Shown: positions 50,033 to 59,406 of the stretch, piece after piece
Numbering within the stretch: position 1 is the stretch's first letter
Layout: every line of letters starts with the position of its first letter
Origin: Syntrophaceae bacterium
GTDB lineage: Bacteria > Desulfobacterota > Syntrophia > Syntrophales > Smithellaceae
Assembly (NCBI GenBank): GCA_025355345.1
Contig: JANXZU010000034.1
Coordinates: 6,143-70,142, forward strand
Direction of reading: 5' to 3'
Length of the DNA: 64,000 nt
Program-made: the position numbers and the translations under genes
Notes under the pieces: model-generated
The model's database searches: none
The model's input: only the letters and a program-made list of their open reading frames with translations
Told to the model about the DNA's origin: nothing

Positions 50033-50656
50033 TTATTTTTTCTCTTCTTTCATGGGAACTAAAATGCCGGGATCTGGACTAAATGCTTTTGAAGTTGATA
50101 TATGACCTTTAATGGAACTGATTTCCTTACCCTCCACTAATATTTTCACTTTCTTTATGTCTGGTATATTTTTCGTAAGAGAATTAGTTAAAGAATTAAT
50201 TGATGCCATCTCCGATGAAGAACTACCTGGATGCAACTTAGTCAGGCTTTTGGTAAAATTAACATAAGCGATACCGTAATTGTTAATCTTTACATCTTTC
50301 AAACTAACACCAGCCGGAAATGTATTAATATTTTTTTCTTTTGATCCTTCAAGTAGCGCCTTTATAACCTCTTTGGCCTGAGCCGCAGCATCATTTTCTT
50401 TATTAATGTATCTTTTTTCTCCAACCAAAAGAAGCTCCTGCTGATCAGAAAACCATATTATCGCCACTTGTTTTTCTTTCATTTTCAATGGATCCGCGTC
50501 AACTGCAGGGAATAAAGCATTAAATAGAATTATAAAGAACAAAATAAGGATGATGACAATACTCCCGATTATTGCGAACAAGTAGATAATCCTCGTGGAT
50601 TTCTTTTTTTTCTTTTCCTTTACATCTTCTGAGCGGCGGTGTTTTTTCGACGTCAT
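50033..50656 (-). CDS. membrane-anchored GerMN-domain protein
   Basis: ATG 50656 follows AGGAG. Basic N-terminus, one TM helix, then a GerMN-like region ([12 protein letters not shown]...AYVNF...ILVEGKE). Ends 7 nt before the EF-G start. Confidence 0.6.
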   Translation of the reverse strand: MTSKKHRRSEDVKEKKKKKSTRIIYLFAIIGSIVIILILFFIILFNALFPAVDADPLKMKEKQVAIIWFSDQQELLLVGEKRYINKENDAAAQAKEVIKALLEGSKEKNINTFPAGVSLKDVKINNYGIAYVNFTKSLTKLHPGSSSSEMASINSLTNSLTKNIPDIKKVKILVEGKEISSIKGHISTSKAFSPDPGILVPMKEEKK

Positions 50657-50734
50657 ATAAAACAAAACTCCTCTTTTAAAAAACTGCGTCAATCTAGGGT
50701 ATTTTTAACTGGCTGTCAAGAAGAACAAAATTAG

Positions 50735-51160
50735 TGAGCCTTTATTTTACCCTAAAGGGCACTGAGCCGAAAAGTAGTGTCCGGAAAATCTTAGAGCGAA
50801 TTATCCCGCCACCTTAGAGGTGGCAGGGACGAGCTTCGCTTCGTTCATTTTACCACGGCACTTTGCGCATACAAATCCTTAATGTGCTCATTATCCCCAT
50901 TCGCTAAGCACAGGGGATACTATCCAATAGCCGTTGGCTCTTGGATAGTTCGTCCAGCAAATTTCAGTGCGCCTATAGTGACCTTTAGGTTATACGCTTC
51001 TGAAACTTGGGACTCATTACGACTTACGCTTCACTATAGTTCAGCGAGCTTTCATTATCCCGCTCCGCCTATAGTGGCCTTTAGGCAATTTGCTTCGGGG
51101 ATAGTTCGACTTACGCTTCAAATTTCGCTGCGCTCGTTTTCAGCTTGTCTCATTAATAAT
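50735..51160. repeat. intergenic composite hairpin-repeat array E (largest; forward units followed by reverse-complemented units)
   Basis: Forward GCGAATTATCCCGCCACCTTAGAGGTGGC at 50796-50826. Reverse units at 50885-51019 and 51093-51155. The terminal TAATGAGAC (rc, 51147-51155) contains the rubrerythrin stop codon. Confidence 0.8.
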
Positions 51161-51740
51161 TTTCAGCTAGCACTTCGTAATACGCTTGAGGATGATTACA
51201 TGCAGGGCATTCTTTTGGCGCCTCCGTCCCTTCGTGAACATAGCCGCAATTAATACAATGCCACTTTACTGAAGTTTTCTTTTGAAATACTTCAGTACGT
51301 TCAAGATTGGCAATAAGCTTTCTGTATCTGCTTTCATGAAATTTCTCTACTTTCGATATTTGTTCAAAAGACCGAGCTACTTCCGGGAAACCTTCTTCCC
51401 TGGCAACTTTAGCAAAAGCAGCATATATTGTCGTCCATTCCATGTTCTCTCCGGCAGCCGCCGCTTCCAGATTTTTCTTAGCATCTCCAATAACACCAGC
51501 GGGATACGCAGCCGTAATCTCGGCCTCCCCTCCTTCCAAGTATTTAAAAAATATTTTAGCGTGTTCTTTTTCGTTTTCCGCCGTTTCCAAAAAAATATGC
51601 GCAATCTGTTCGAAACCTTCTTTCTTTGCGGCACTGGCATAGTAAGTATATCTGTTCCTAGCCTGTGACTCACCGGCAAAAGCTGTCAATAAATTTTTCT
51701 CTGTTTTTGTTCCTTTAATTGATTTTCCCATTATTGCCAT
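51153..51740 (-). CDS. rbr: rubrerythrin
   Basis: N-terminal four-helix diiron domain (two E..H-type motifs) and a C-terminal rubredoxin-like CINCGY...CPACN. Confidence 0.9.
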   Translation of the reverse strand: MAIMGKSIKGTKTEKNLLTAFAGESQARNRYTYYASAAKKEGFEQIAHIFLETAENEKEHAKIFFKYLEGGEAEITAAYPAGVIGDAKKNLEAAAAGENMEWTTIYAAFAKVAREEGFPEVARSFEQISKVEKFHESRYRKLIANLERTEVFQKKTSVKWHCINCGYVHEGTEAPKECPACNHPQAYYEVLAENY

Positions 51741-51901
51741 CTCCTTTCTTGATGATATTTTTGGTTACTGGATGTTTTCTGTTATCAGAATTTTAATTAT
51801 AAGAATACCAAAATAAAATTTTATATCCCCATAAAGAATTAAGTTACTTTTTAAACGATCTTGTAGTATGAATCAAAAAAATATAAGGAGGTTTTTTAGT
51901 C

Positions 51902-52087
51902 ATGTCAACTATTATGCCGGAAGCGGAAAATGTTCAGAAAGCAATCAAATGGATTTCCTCAAACATAGAAGATAGTAGCACTCAGCCTTTACATAAACTT
52001 ATTGAATCGGCTGGTTTAAAATTTGATCTATCCCCCAAGGATTCTGATTTTTTAATGGGTTTTTTCCGCAACCATAACAAAAAATAG
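51902..52087 (+). CDS. 61-aa hypothetical protein
   Basis: AAGGAGG Shine-Dalgarno 8-9 nt upstream. No family recognised. Confidence 0.35.
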   Translation: MSTIMPEAENVQKAIKWISSNIEDSSTQPLHKLIESAGLKFDLSPKDSDFLMGFFRNHNKK

Positions 52088-52168
52088 TAACAGAATCTAA
52101 GCTAAACAGAAAACATCATTTTGTGCATGTTAATGGGCATGCAAAACCGGGGTATTGGAATGTGTATG

Positions 52169-52615
52169 TTATTCAACCTGCGACATTTCCTCGAATATTT
52201 TCATTTCTATTGTACGAAAAAATACATCATATTGCTCTTTTTCTAACAGCCTGCGCATTTCCCAGCCTGCTTCTGTTTTCTTTTCCGCAATAACAGAAAG
52301 GACAACTTCACATTCCTTCCAGTTAAGTTTTCTGACTGAGGCATGACTCTTTGTCCTCCAATCATCCTGCGTGATATAATCTGAATCAACTGTTAATTTT
52401 GTATAATTGATCTTGACGTTGGCGCCTACGTATTTTTCTCTGAAAACTCGGGCAATCGCTTTGAGAACGACTGTCTCCTTAGCTTCATAATTATGCCTGA
52501 ATTCGTCAGGTTTGTATATGACCAATTGTCCCAACTTAGAAGAACAGGAGATTAAACTTGCAATAATTATTGTACAAGCTATCGATATGGAGATAAATTT
52601 TTTAAGATTGGTCAC
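52169..52615 (-). CDS. lipoprotein, unknown function
   Basis: GTG 52615 follows GAGGTG. The N-terminus MTNLKKFISISIACTIIIASLISCSS has a lipobox. The longer track ORF would overlap the HD gene. Confidence 0.45.
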   Translation of the reverse strand: MTNLKKFISISIACTIIIASLISCSSKLGQLVIYKPDEFRHNYEAKETVVLKAIARVFREKYVGANVKINYTKLTVDSDYITQDDWRTKSHASVRKLNWKECEVVLSVIAEKKTEAGWEMRRLLEKEQYDVFFRTIEMKIFEEMSQVE

Positions 52616-52644
52616 GTTATTCACCTCATCTAAAATTATTTTTC

Positions 52645-53220
52645 CTACTTGATTTTGCCATTCACCCACCAGTCGCTTTTATCTTTGAACCACCAATTGG
52701 AAGAATCTGTTTTAATAATTTTTTGAGCCATTTTTTTGCCTGCTTCAGTATCCAGTCGCTGCATTGCGACACTTATCCATTCATCGGCATACTTATTGCC
52801 CAAATCACCGCATTCTTTTAGTTGCAGAATCAGGGCTATCTGATCGGCATCGCGGGCAATTAATGCTTCCCTTGTTTCCTGACGGTTAAATTCATCAATT
52901 GACGATTTAATATCACCGCCAAAAGGCAGGTCTTCAGTCAATTCCCGCACGGCTTTATCTTCATCGACATCTACATATTTTTTGTTTACATAATTCATAT
53001 CACCGGTGCGAGCTTCTGGTAAATCATGAAAGACACACATTTTTAGTACTCGCAATTCATTGAGAGATGCGTCCGTCTTACACAGAGCATAACCTACAAA
53101 TACAGTCCGTAATATATGTTCGGATACAGATTCCTTGCCGCTGCCCAGAAACTGATAACCACTGCGCGGCGTTTTATTCAACATTCCAGTTTCAAATAAA
53201 AAGTTAGCAATATTATCCAT
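52645..53220 (-). CDS. HD-domain phosphohydrolase (YfbR-like)
   Basis: ESVSEHILR...VFHDLPEARTGD (H...HD...D metal ligands). Confidence 0.75.
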   Translation of the reverse strand: MDNIANFLFETGMLNKTPRSGYQFLGSGKESVSEHILRTVFVGYALCKTDASLNELRVLKMCVFHDLPEARTGDMNYVNKKYVDVDEDKAVRELTEDLPFGGDIKSSIDEFNRQETREALIARDADQIALILQLKECGDLGNKYADEWISVAMQRLDTEAGKKMAQKIIKTDSSNWWFKDKSDWWVNGKIK

Positions 53221-53452
53221 TTTGTTGGAAATCCTTCTTCAATACCTTAATGCGTGTGGCCATCATATCCGCCATTTTTGCAACTTGCGCCTGCAGCGAT
53301 GCTACACTGTCCTGCCTCATGCCTGCTATTTTATCCAATTGAGCTTTCCAGTGTTCCAGTAGAACAATTTCATTCTCTTTTAATTTTTTTTCAAAACGCT
53401 CTTGATATTCCTTTATAAATGCACTGGATGAATCCATTGACGCCATATACAA
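53213..53452 (-). CDS. 79-aa helical hypothetical protein
   Basis: AAGGAGG lies upstream. Predicted coiled-coil-like, and overlaps the HD gene start by 8 nt. Confidence 0.4.
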   Translation of the reverse strand: MYMASMDSSSAFIKEYQERFEKKLKENEIVLLEHWKAQLDKIAGMRQDSVASLQAQVAKMADMMATRIKVLKKDFQQNG

Positions 53453-53585
53453 ACCTCCTTTGTCTCTTTATTTTATTCTTTATACTATTAGATGTACATC
53501 TTGCAACCGGAAATGACAGTTTGACACTATGGATTAAATACTATAAAGAAACGCCACAAAATTAATAAAGACTGGATAAAACTAT

Positions 53586-54455
53586 ATGTCACCTAAAACA
53601 AACTCAGAAGATATCGCCGGCGGACAAGCTCTCATCGAAGGAGTTATGATGCGACACGGCAATAAAATAGCGGCGGCAGTTCGCAGGCCTGATAAGCAGA
53701 TCGTTATTCAGGAACGTGAATATATTCCCCTGACAAAAAGATACAAAGTTCTGGGATGGATGTTTATCCGTGGATCAATCAGCCTGTTTGAAATGATGAT
53801 TGTCGGAATTAAGTGTCTGATGTTTTCAGCAGAAGTTGCCTTATCAGAAGAAGAAAGAAAACCAAAAAGCTGGGAATTTACACTTTCTTTCATTATCAGC
53901 TTCGCAGTAGCAATATTTTTCTTTGTTGTTGTCCCGGCCTTCTTCTTTACTAAAATAAAAGATTTTGTACCAAATTTGATTCTTCTTAATATTCTGGAAG
54001 GCTGCGTACGTCTGGGAATGTTCCTTGGTTTTTTATCTCTAACTCTCTTGATGGAAGATATGCGCCGTGTTTATATGTATCACGGCGCTGAACATAAAAC
54101 TGTATTTGCCTGGGAAAATGGCCAGGAATTAACCGTGGAAAACATCAAAGAATTCTCCACCCGGCATCCGCGCTGTGGAACAAGCTTCATTTTGTTCGTC
54201 ATGATTGTCTCTATTTTGATATTTTCTTTATTAGGACGCCCGGATTTTCTGCACAGAGTACTCTATAAATTATTACTGCTTCCCGTTGTCGCCGGCATTT
54301 CTTATGAGGCCATCCGCTTTACCGGTAAACACAGTAACTGGAAGTGGGTACAACTATTGAGCTGGCCTGGTTTGACTCTGCAAAAGATTACCACCAGAGA
54401 ACCATCTGATGATCAAATTGAAGTCGCTATTGCTGCAATGAAAAAAGTAATTTAA
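53586..54455 (+). CDS. DUF1385-family membrane protein
   Basis: GGQALIEGVMMR start motif, YHGAEHK, and several TM helices. Confidence 0.75.
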   Translation: MSPKTNSEDIAGGQALIEGVMMRHGNKIAAAVRRPDKQIVIQEREYIPLTKRYKVLGWMFIRGSISLFEMMIVGIKCLMFSAEVALSEEERKPKSWEFTLSFIISFAVAIFFFVVVPAFFFTKIKDFVPNLILLNILEGCVRLGMFLGFLSLTLLMEDMRRVYMYHGAEHKTVFAWENGQELTVENIKEFSTRHPRCGTSFILFVMIVSILIFSLLGRPDFLHRVLYKLLLLPVVAGISYEAIRFTGKHSNWKWVQLLSWPGLTLQKITTREPSDDQIEVAIAAMKKVI

Positions 54456-54683
54456 CCTAGGCTTGTTTTCAAGCACAGGTAAGAACCCCAAATCATATTA
54501 TCCCTGCATAATACCCCTGCTTATGCGTCATCAATTGACAATTCCAAACAAAAATATTTTTATGAATATATTTCGTCTTGCGAACATATATTTGCCTGTT
54601 GTATAAACATTTGACTTTTCGTTTTATTTGAAGTATTTAATTACAATACAATTTTTCACTCTTTAACAGGGAGGCGAGACATA

Positions 54684-56414
54684 ATGATCAATCGATATAC
54701 TTTCGTTTTATTTATAGCCATATTTTCAGCAGCATTTTTTTGTGAATCCTCAATGGCAAAGGAAGACACCGCACAAATAACTCTCAAAAAGACAGCAACA
54801 TCAAAACAACACATGTATACATATACCGTAAAAAAAGGAGATCTGATTTCTAACATTATCAAACAGATTCCCAACAATGAAGAAGATCCTCAGGATAATT
54901 ACAAAGTCATTAAAGAACTTAACCCGGATATACCCGATCTCAACAAACTCACGGCAGGACAAATATTGATTCTTCCAGGAAAACCAACGGACGAAACCGG
55001 ACAAAACAATATGGAATCAAACGATGAGGATAACGCCACTGCTTCGGCTCCTTCTTATACAAATTCGGCAGGAGGCAATACTTATGCGGTCAGGAATGGT
55101 GACTCCCTGATTAAAATCGTCCATCGTGAACTTAAAATCAAAAAAAATACTCAGCCGATGCTCAAACTCATTAAATCAATAAATCCTAACATTAAAAATG
55201 TTAATAGAATTTATGCCGGGCAGACCATAAAACTTCCCGGTCAAACCGTTTTCGTCAAGGCTGCGGATGAAGATAAAAGTGTCATTCAGGATTTAGGAAT
55301 CCCGCCAGAAAACCAGACACAACCAAAAGACATAATCGAATTAAAAGAAAAGATAGTGATGCCGCCGGAGGCACGTCTTGCGTTTATTAAGCAAGTTATC
55401 ACTCAGATGAACGGATCCATGATGACAACGGGCAATTACTATCTTCCCATACCTAAAACAGGACAGGTGACAATTGATTGTTCTAAAATTCCCGTAATTG
55501 AATTTGATGACCAAACAATCATATTTCTTGATTTGGACAACCGTGCTGAGAATAACCTGAATAAAATGATTACTGATAATTGGGAAAACTACTACCTGAT
55601 CAAAGTGGACAAAAGAGATGATGTCGTAGCCGTCTTAAAAAAGATTTTCAATACCGTCAAAGGGTATACCATGACGAAAAGAGACAAGCCCATGAAGATT
55701 GGCACTCTTCCTCCTTTGGATGTTGTTGTCGACTGGGTTATTACAAAATCTAACTCCACCAAACAGTCACAACCATTAATGCAGGGATTGCGTATAGTTT
55801 ATGAAAATAATCCATTGCTACCAAAAGCTATTAAGAACTATGCACAGAAAAATGGTTTGATTATTACTGAATTTTCTGAGGAAACAGGGATCGTCGGGCA
55901 TCCGGAAGAAATTTATTCCCTGCCTCAAATGTCCGTTTTTCCCACAACATCAGTCAAAGATTTTTCATATTCCTTACTCTCTTATTTAGGTTTTAAAGCT
56001 GATAAAGACGCCAATGTAAAGGTTTTTGATATTGATAAAGACGGCTTTAACTTATCGATAGTGGCCGATGTGCTGGTTGCGACTGCCAATAAACAATATA
56101 TAATTTACTCACGAATGCTGCCGGCACAATTCGTTAATGCACTGAAACAAACGGGGTATGAAGTAATTTTTGTTGACGAAAAAGATACACCTAAAATTCT
56201 AATAGAAAAGATTTTGCCCAGTTTTAATGTTACATTCACCTCAGGATTATTTACTTTCTCCGGCGTTGATAAAAATCATGCTCCATATGCTTTGAGTTTT
56301 CAGGGCACTAAAATAAAGACAGACAATGATTTGTTTATAATTGATTTTGAAATTGATCAGGGACTGAGAAGTCTGCTTCGTGAAGCGTGGGCGGCAAATA
56401 TCGCCAAATATTGA
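54684..56414 (+). CDS. secreted protein with two LysM domains and a large uncharacterised C-terminal region
   Basis: Signal peptide, LysM repeats (YTVKKGDLISNII...AGQILILP; YAVRNGDSLIKIV...AGQTIKLP), then about 370 aa without a recognisable family. Confidence 0.65.
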   Translation: MINRYTFVLFIAIFSAAFFCESSMAKEDTAQITLKKTATSKQHMYTYTVKKGDLISNIIKQIPNNEEDPQDNYKVIKELNPDIPDLNKLTAGQILILPGKPTDETGQNNMESNDEDNATASAPSYTNSAGGNTYAVRNGDSLIKIVHRELKIKKNTQPMLKLIKSINPNIKNVNRIYAGQTIKLPGQTVFVKAADEDKSVIQDLGIPPENQTQPKDIIELKEKIVMPPEARLAFIKQVITQMNGSMMTTGNYYLPIPKTGQVTIDCSKIPVIEFDDQTIIFLDLDNRAENNLNKMITDNWENYYLIKVDKRDDVVAVLKKIFNTVKGYTMTKRDKPMKIGTLPPLDVVVDWVITKSNSTKQSQPLMQGLRIVYENNPLLPKAIKNYAQKNGLIITEFSEETGIVGHPEEIYSLPQMSVFPTTSVKDFSYSLLSYLGFKADKDANVKVFDIDKDGFNLSIVADVLVATANKQYIIYSRMLPAQFVNALKQTGYEVIFVDEKDTPKILIEKILPSFNVTFTSGLFTFSGVDKNHAPYALSFQGTKIKTDNDLFIIDFEIDQGLRSLLREAWAANIAKY

Positions 56415-56497
56415 AATCTTTTTACTGATATGACAATTAATTATTAAGCGCTTCGTTCTTTTACGCGGCGCTTTTAATTTTTTGTGAAACTCCAATT

Positions 56498-56697
56498 TAA
56501 TGAAACTCAGATGTTGCCAACGCAGTGCAGCAATGTCTGCAAGTTGTAATGAGACTAAAACTTCAGAAGCAAATAACCTAAATACCCTAAAGAGCACCAT
56601 TGGGTCACTATAGACGCATTGAAGTTTTGTAGTCGAATTTTCCAATTGCCAAAGGCTATTGGAAATTATCCCGCGTGCGAAGCGGGACAATATAATT
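56498..56697 (+). repeat. intergenic composite hairpin-repeat array F
   Basis: Unit at 56498-56546 (TAATGAAAC...). Long-loop unit from 56547 with GTCGAATTTTCC + CCAATTGCCAAAGGCTATTGG + AATTATCCCGC-GTGCGAA-GCGGGA. Confidence 0.8.
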
Positions 56698-56729
56698 ATA
56701 CCACTCCTTGTTATTTATGGATTCATATT

Positions 56730-57701
56730 ATGGTTAAAGCAATAGCCGTTTTTTCCGGCGGACTGGACAGCATGCTGGCTGCAGAGTTAATCCGCAGGCA
56801 AAATATTAATGTTTTATGCCTTACATTCACTACACCTTTTTTCGGCGCCGAAAAAGCTCAAGCCGCGGCAAGACAGCTAAATCTGCCACTTACTGTTGAA
56901 GATATAACTCCCCAGCATTTGAAGATGCTTAAAGCTCCCCGATATGGCTACGGGAAAAACATGAACCCCTGTATCGATTGCCACATATTAATGCTGCAGG
57001 AAGCTAGTAAAAAAATGGTGGCAACAGGCGCTGATTTTATTTTTACAGGAGAGGTGCTGGGGCAGCGGCCAATGTCACAGGGGAAACAATCCCTTCATGT
57101 GGTTGCTAAAAATTCCGGTTTTCCCGATTACATTCTGCGACCGCTCAGCGCGGGACTTCTTGAACCGATAAAGGCTGAAAGAGAAGGTATCGTTGATCGT
57201 TTGCGACTACTTTCCATACAGGGAAGAGGCCGTAAAGAGCAAATGCAGATGGCTATTGATTTCGGAATCAGAGATTACGCGCCTCCGGCAGGTGGCTGCC
57301 TGCTTACGGACTCTATGTTCACAAGACGTCTGCGCGATTTATTTACACATCAGGAAGACCATGACATTTCTGATCTCGAGTTATTGAAATACGGACGTCA
57401 TTTCCGCGCGAATGATCAGGGCAAAATCATAGTCGGTCGCAATAACTCCGATAATGAAAAGCTGCGTGGACTATCAACCGATGATGATCTTGTTTTGTTT
57501 ATGGCTGATTTTCCCGGACCACAGGTTGTGGTGCCTCACGGAATTGTTACCCTCCTGCCGCTGGCGGCATCACTTTGTGTCCGCTACAGTGACGCTCCCG
57601 CTGATCGTGAAGCAAACGTAATATGTCAGCACAAAAAATCATCCAAAACAATTCAAGCCAAAGCAGCCAACAAAGAAGATTGCGAGCGCTGGATTATTTA
57701 G
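56730..57701 (+). CDS. PP-loop ATP pyrophosphatase (MnmA/ThiI-like tRNA-thiolation superfamily)
   Basis: AVFSGGLDS (SGGxDS PP-loop) and NPCIDCH. ATG 56730 is chosen because the upstream part of the track ORF lies on repeat array F. Confidence 0.7.
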   Translation: MVKAIAVFSGGLDSMLAAELIRRQNINVLCLTFTTPFFGAEKAQAAARQLNLPLTVEDITPQHLKMLKAPRYGYGKNMNPCIDCHILMLQEASKKMVATGADFIFTGEVLGQRPMSQGKQSLHVVAKNSGFPDYILRPLSAGLLEPIKAEREGIVDRLRLLSIQGRGRKEQMQMAIDFGIRDYAPPAGGCLLTDSMFTRRLRDLFTHQEDHDISDLELLKYGRHFRANDQGKIIVGRNNSDNEKLRGLSTDDDLVLFMADFPGPQVVVPHGIVTLLPLAASLCVRYSDAPADREANVICQHKKSSKTIQAKAANKEDCERWII

Positions 57702-59280
57702 ATTTAATTGAATGTTTACGAACTAAATGTTCCGGACGCAACAAATCATAAACGGTCTTTACCGGATTGAAAACTATCAGCGGCAGTTCAACAAACATGG
57801 TATTCCAATAGGCCATGCCGCCGTTCCAGAGTCCGGGCAGTTCCAAGGCCTTCAGCGCTATTCCCTTTTCATTTTTTTTCGTTATAAGATAGGCATTCTT
57901 GTTGACGTAATTATTGAGATTAAATTTTTCTCCCCGGTAATCTTTAATGCAACAGACCATGTCCACCGGATTAAAATACTTTGCCTGCGACCAGATTGCC
58001 AACTGCTCAGGCTTACTTCCATCAATATGTCCGCGTTCAACAATCTGTAGAGTCTGTGTGCAGTTTTTCTCTGCCACCCAGAATGGCCCCCCGCCAGGTT
58101 CCCCGACATTTTTTACCATGCCGCAAACCCGCAACGGACGATTGAGTGAAGATTTGAGAACAGATATTTTTTTATTATTGGATAGCTTAGCAAAGCCTGG
58201 CATAAAAACGATATTGAGTGTTTTTGAACAATACTTGACGATATTTTCGATATCGTCAACACCGAGCTTTTCCTTTTCTATTCTGGATAAAAATGTAAAA
58301 ATATCTTCCCTAATTTTAAAGGCGATTCCACCAAGCAGCTTCTTATATGGCAGATTCTTTTCCCGCACTGGTCGTGGCGCGATATTATCAATGTTTTTTA
58401 CAAATATAAAATCGGCATCAAGGCTGCCCAAATTGGCCAGAAGAGCCCCATGCCCGCCGGGACGGAATATAAGTCTGCCTGCAGCATTGCGCAGGGGAAT
58501 ATTATTTTCAGCAACAGCAATTGTGTTTGTATCCGATGACTGCACAGAATATGATATCTGAAATTTAGCGCCCCATCTTTGCTCATATTTACCAACCGCA
58601 GATTTCATAAACTTCACTACAGTTTTTTTATGTTCGGCAGATATGGTTAAGTGCAGCAGGCAAATATTTTTTCTATTCTGTAAATATTGAGCGGCTTCAT
58701 CCAGATGTTCTTCGAGCGCTGTACGGACTTCTCCCGTCAAGTAGCGATGAAAAGGAATCAGCGCTTTGGGGAGCGCGCCGAAATTATGCCCTTTACCTGA
58801 CAAGATAAATTCCAACAATCCTTTGATGTTCTTTTCCGCATGCAGTTTTTGCCCATTATTGTCATTATTAATTAAAGAGAAAAAGGGGAACTTCGCTAAA
58901 TCACGAAAGAATTTATTATCGAGATGGGCAGAGCCAAAGCTGCCTTTTTCCATCACCGGAAACCATTCAGCAAACATCCGACTGGCGGCACCCGATGCCG
59001 GGACAAATTTAATCAGCTTATATTTGCTCGATTCTTTTTCATAAAAGTCGATTATTTTTTTTCTTTGCCCGGCTGTAAGGGACATGATTCCGTCATTAAC
59101 CGTACAGGGACGATACAGTTTCAGGTAACTTGCACCCCTTCTGTAAATTGCCAGTTGTTTATGCAAATCATCTGGATCAAAATCAGAAACCTTGATGTTT
59201 TCTAAATCATTTAAAATGGAGCCCTTCCGATGGAATCCGGAAACGTTTTGCAGCGGGTTAAATATTTTTTTCTTTTCCAT
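57694..59280 (-). CDS. DUF4301-like protein
   Basis: 528 aa. The KFVPASGAASRMF stretch and the N-terminal layout resemble DUF4301 as I recall it. Unverified. Confidence 0.5.
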   Translation of the reverse strand: MEKKKIFNPLQNVSGFHRKGSILNDLENIKVSDFDPDDLHKQLAIYRRGASYLKLYRPCTVNDGIMSLTAGQRKKIIDFYEKESSKYKLIKFVPASGAASRMFAEWFPVMEKGSFGSAHLDNKFFRDLAKFPFFSLINNDNNGQKLHAEKNIKGLLEFILSGKGHNFGALPKALIPFHRYLTGEVRTALEEHLDEAAQYLQNRKNICLLHLTISAEHKKTVVKFMKSAVGKYEQRWGAKFQISYSVQSSDTNTIAVAENNIPLRNAAGRLIFRPGGHGALLANLGSLDADFIFVKNIDNIAPRPVREKNLPYKKLLGGIAFKIREDIFTFLSRIEKEKLGVDDIENIVKYCSKTLNIVFMPGFAKLSNNKKISVLKSSLNRPLRVCGMVKNVGEPGGGPFWVAEKNCTQTLQIVERGHIDGSKPEQLAIWSQAKYFNPVDMVCCIKDYRGEKFNLNNYVNKNAYLITKKNEKGIALKALELPGLWNGGMAYWNTMFVELPLIVFNPVKTVYDLLRPEHLVRKHSIKSK

Positions 59281-59406
59281 AATGTTTTTCCTTTATTTAA
59301 TTTTTCTCAGAACATCAAGTTCAAATATTAAAATTGTTGATTGAATCTTGACGTAACCAATCTTTTAAAGTAGTAATTCTCGGACAAATTGAACAAGGAG
59401 CAAAAA

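Noticed and set aside
50882-51253. 123-aa ORF on the + strand between the GerMN gene and rubrerythrin
   Set aside because: It lies entirely on reverse-complemented repeat units, has no Shine-Dalgarno and runs antisense into the rubrerythrin 3' end. Its sequence is just the translation of the repeat modules.
26241-56697. Could the TAATGAGAC/GTCGAATTATCC repeats be CRISPR arrays?
   Set aside because: There is no constant-length direct repeat alternating with unique spacers. Units are degenerate and hairpin-based, tile without spacers and occur in both orientations. They are scattered in single or few copies, and no cas genes are present.
57947-58561. 204-aa ORF antisense to the DUF4301-like gene (and the similar antisense ORFs 28221-28772 in clpB, 47220-47708 in the glucan synthase, 24454-24888 in dnaB, 6465-6875 in the M23 gene, 12275-12685 in the 702-aa gene)
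   Set aside because: All are embedded antisense in longer ORFs that have recognisable motifs or export signals. No independent support.
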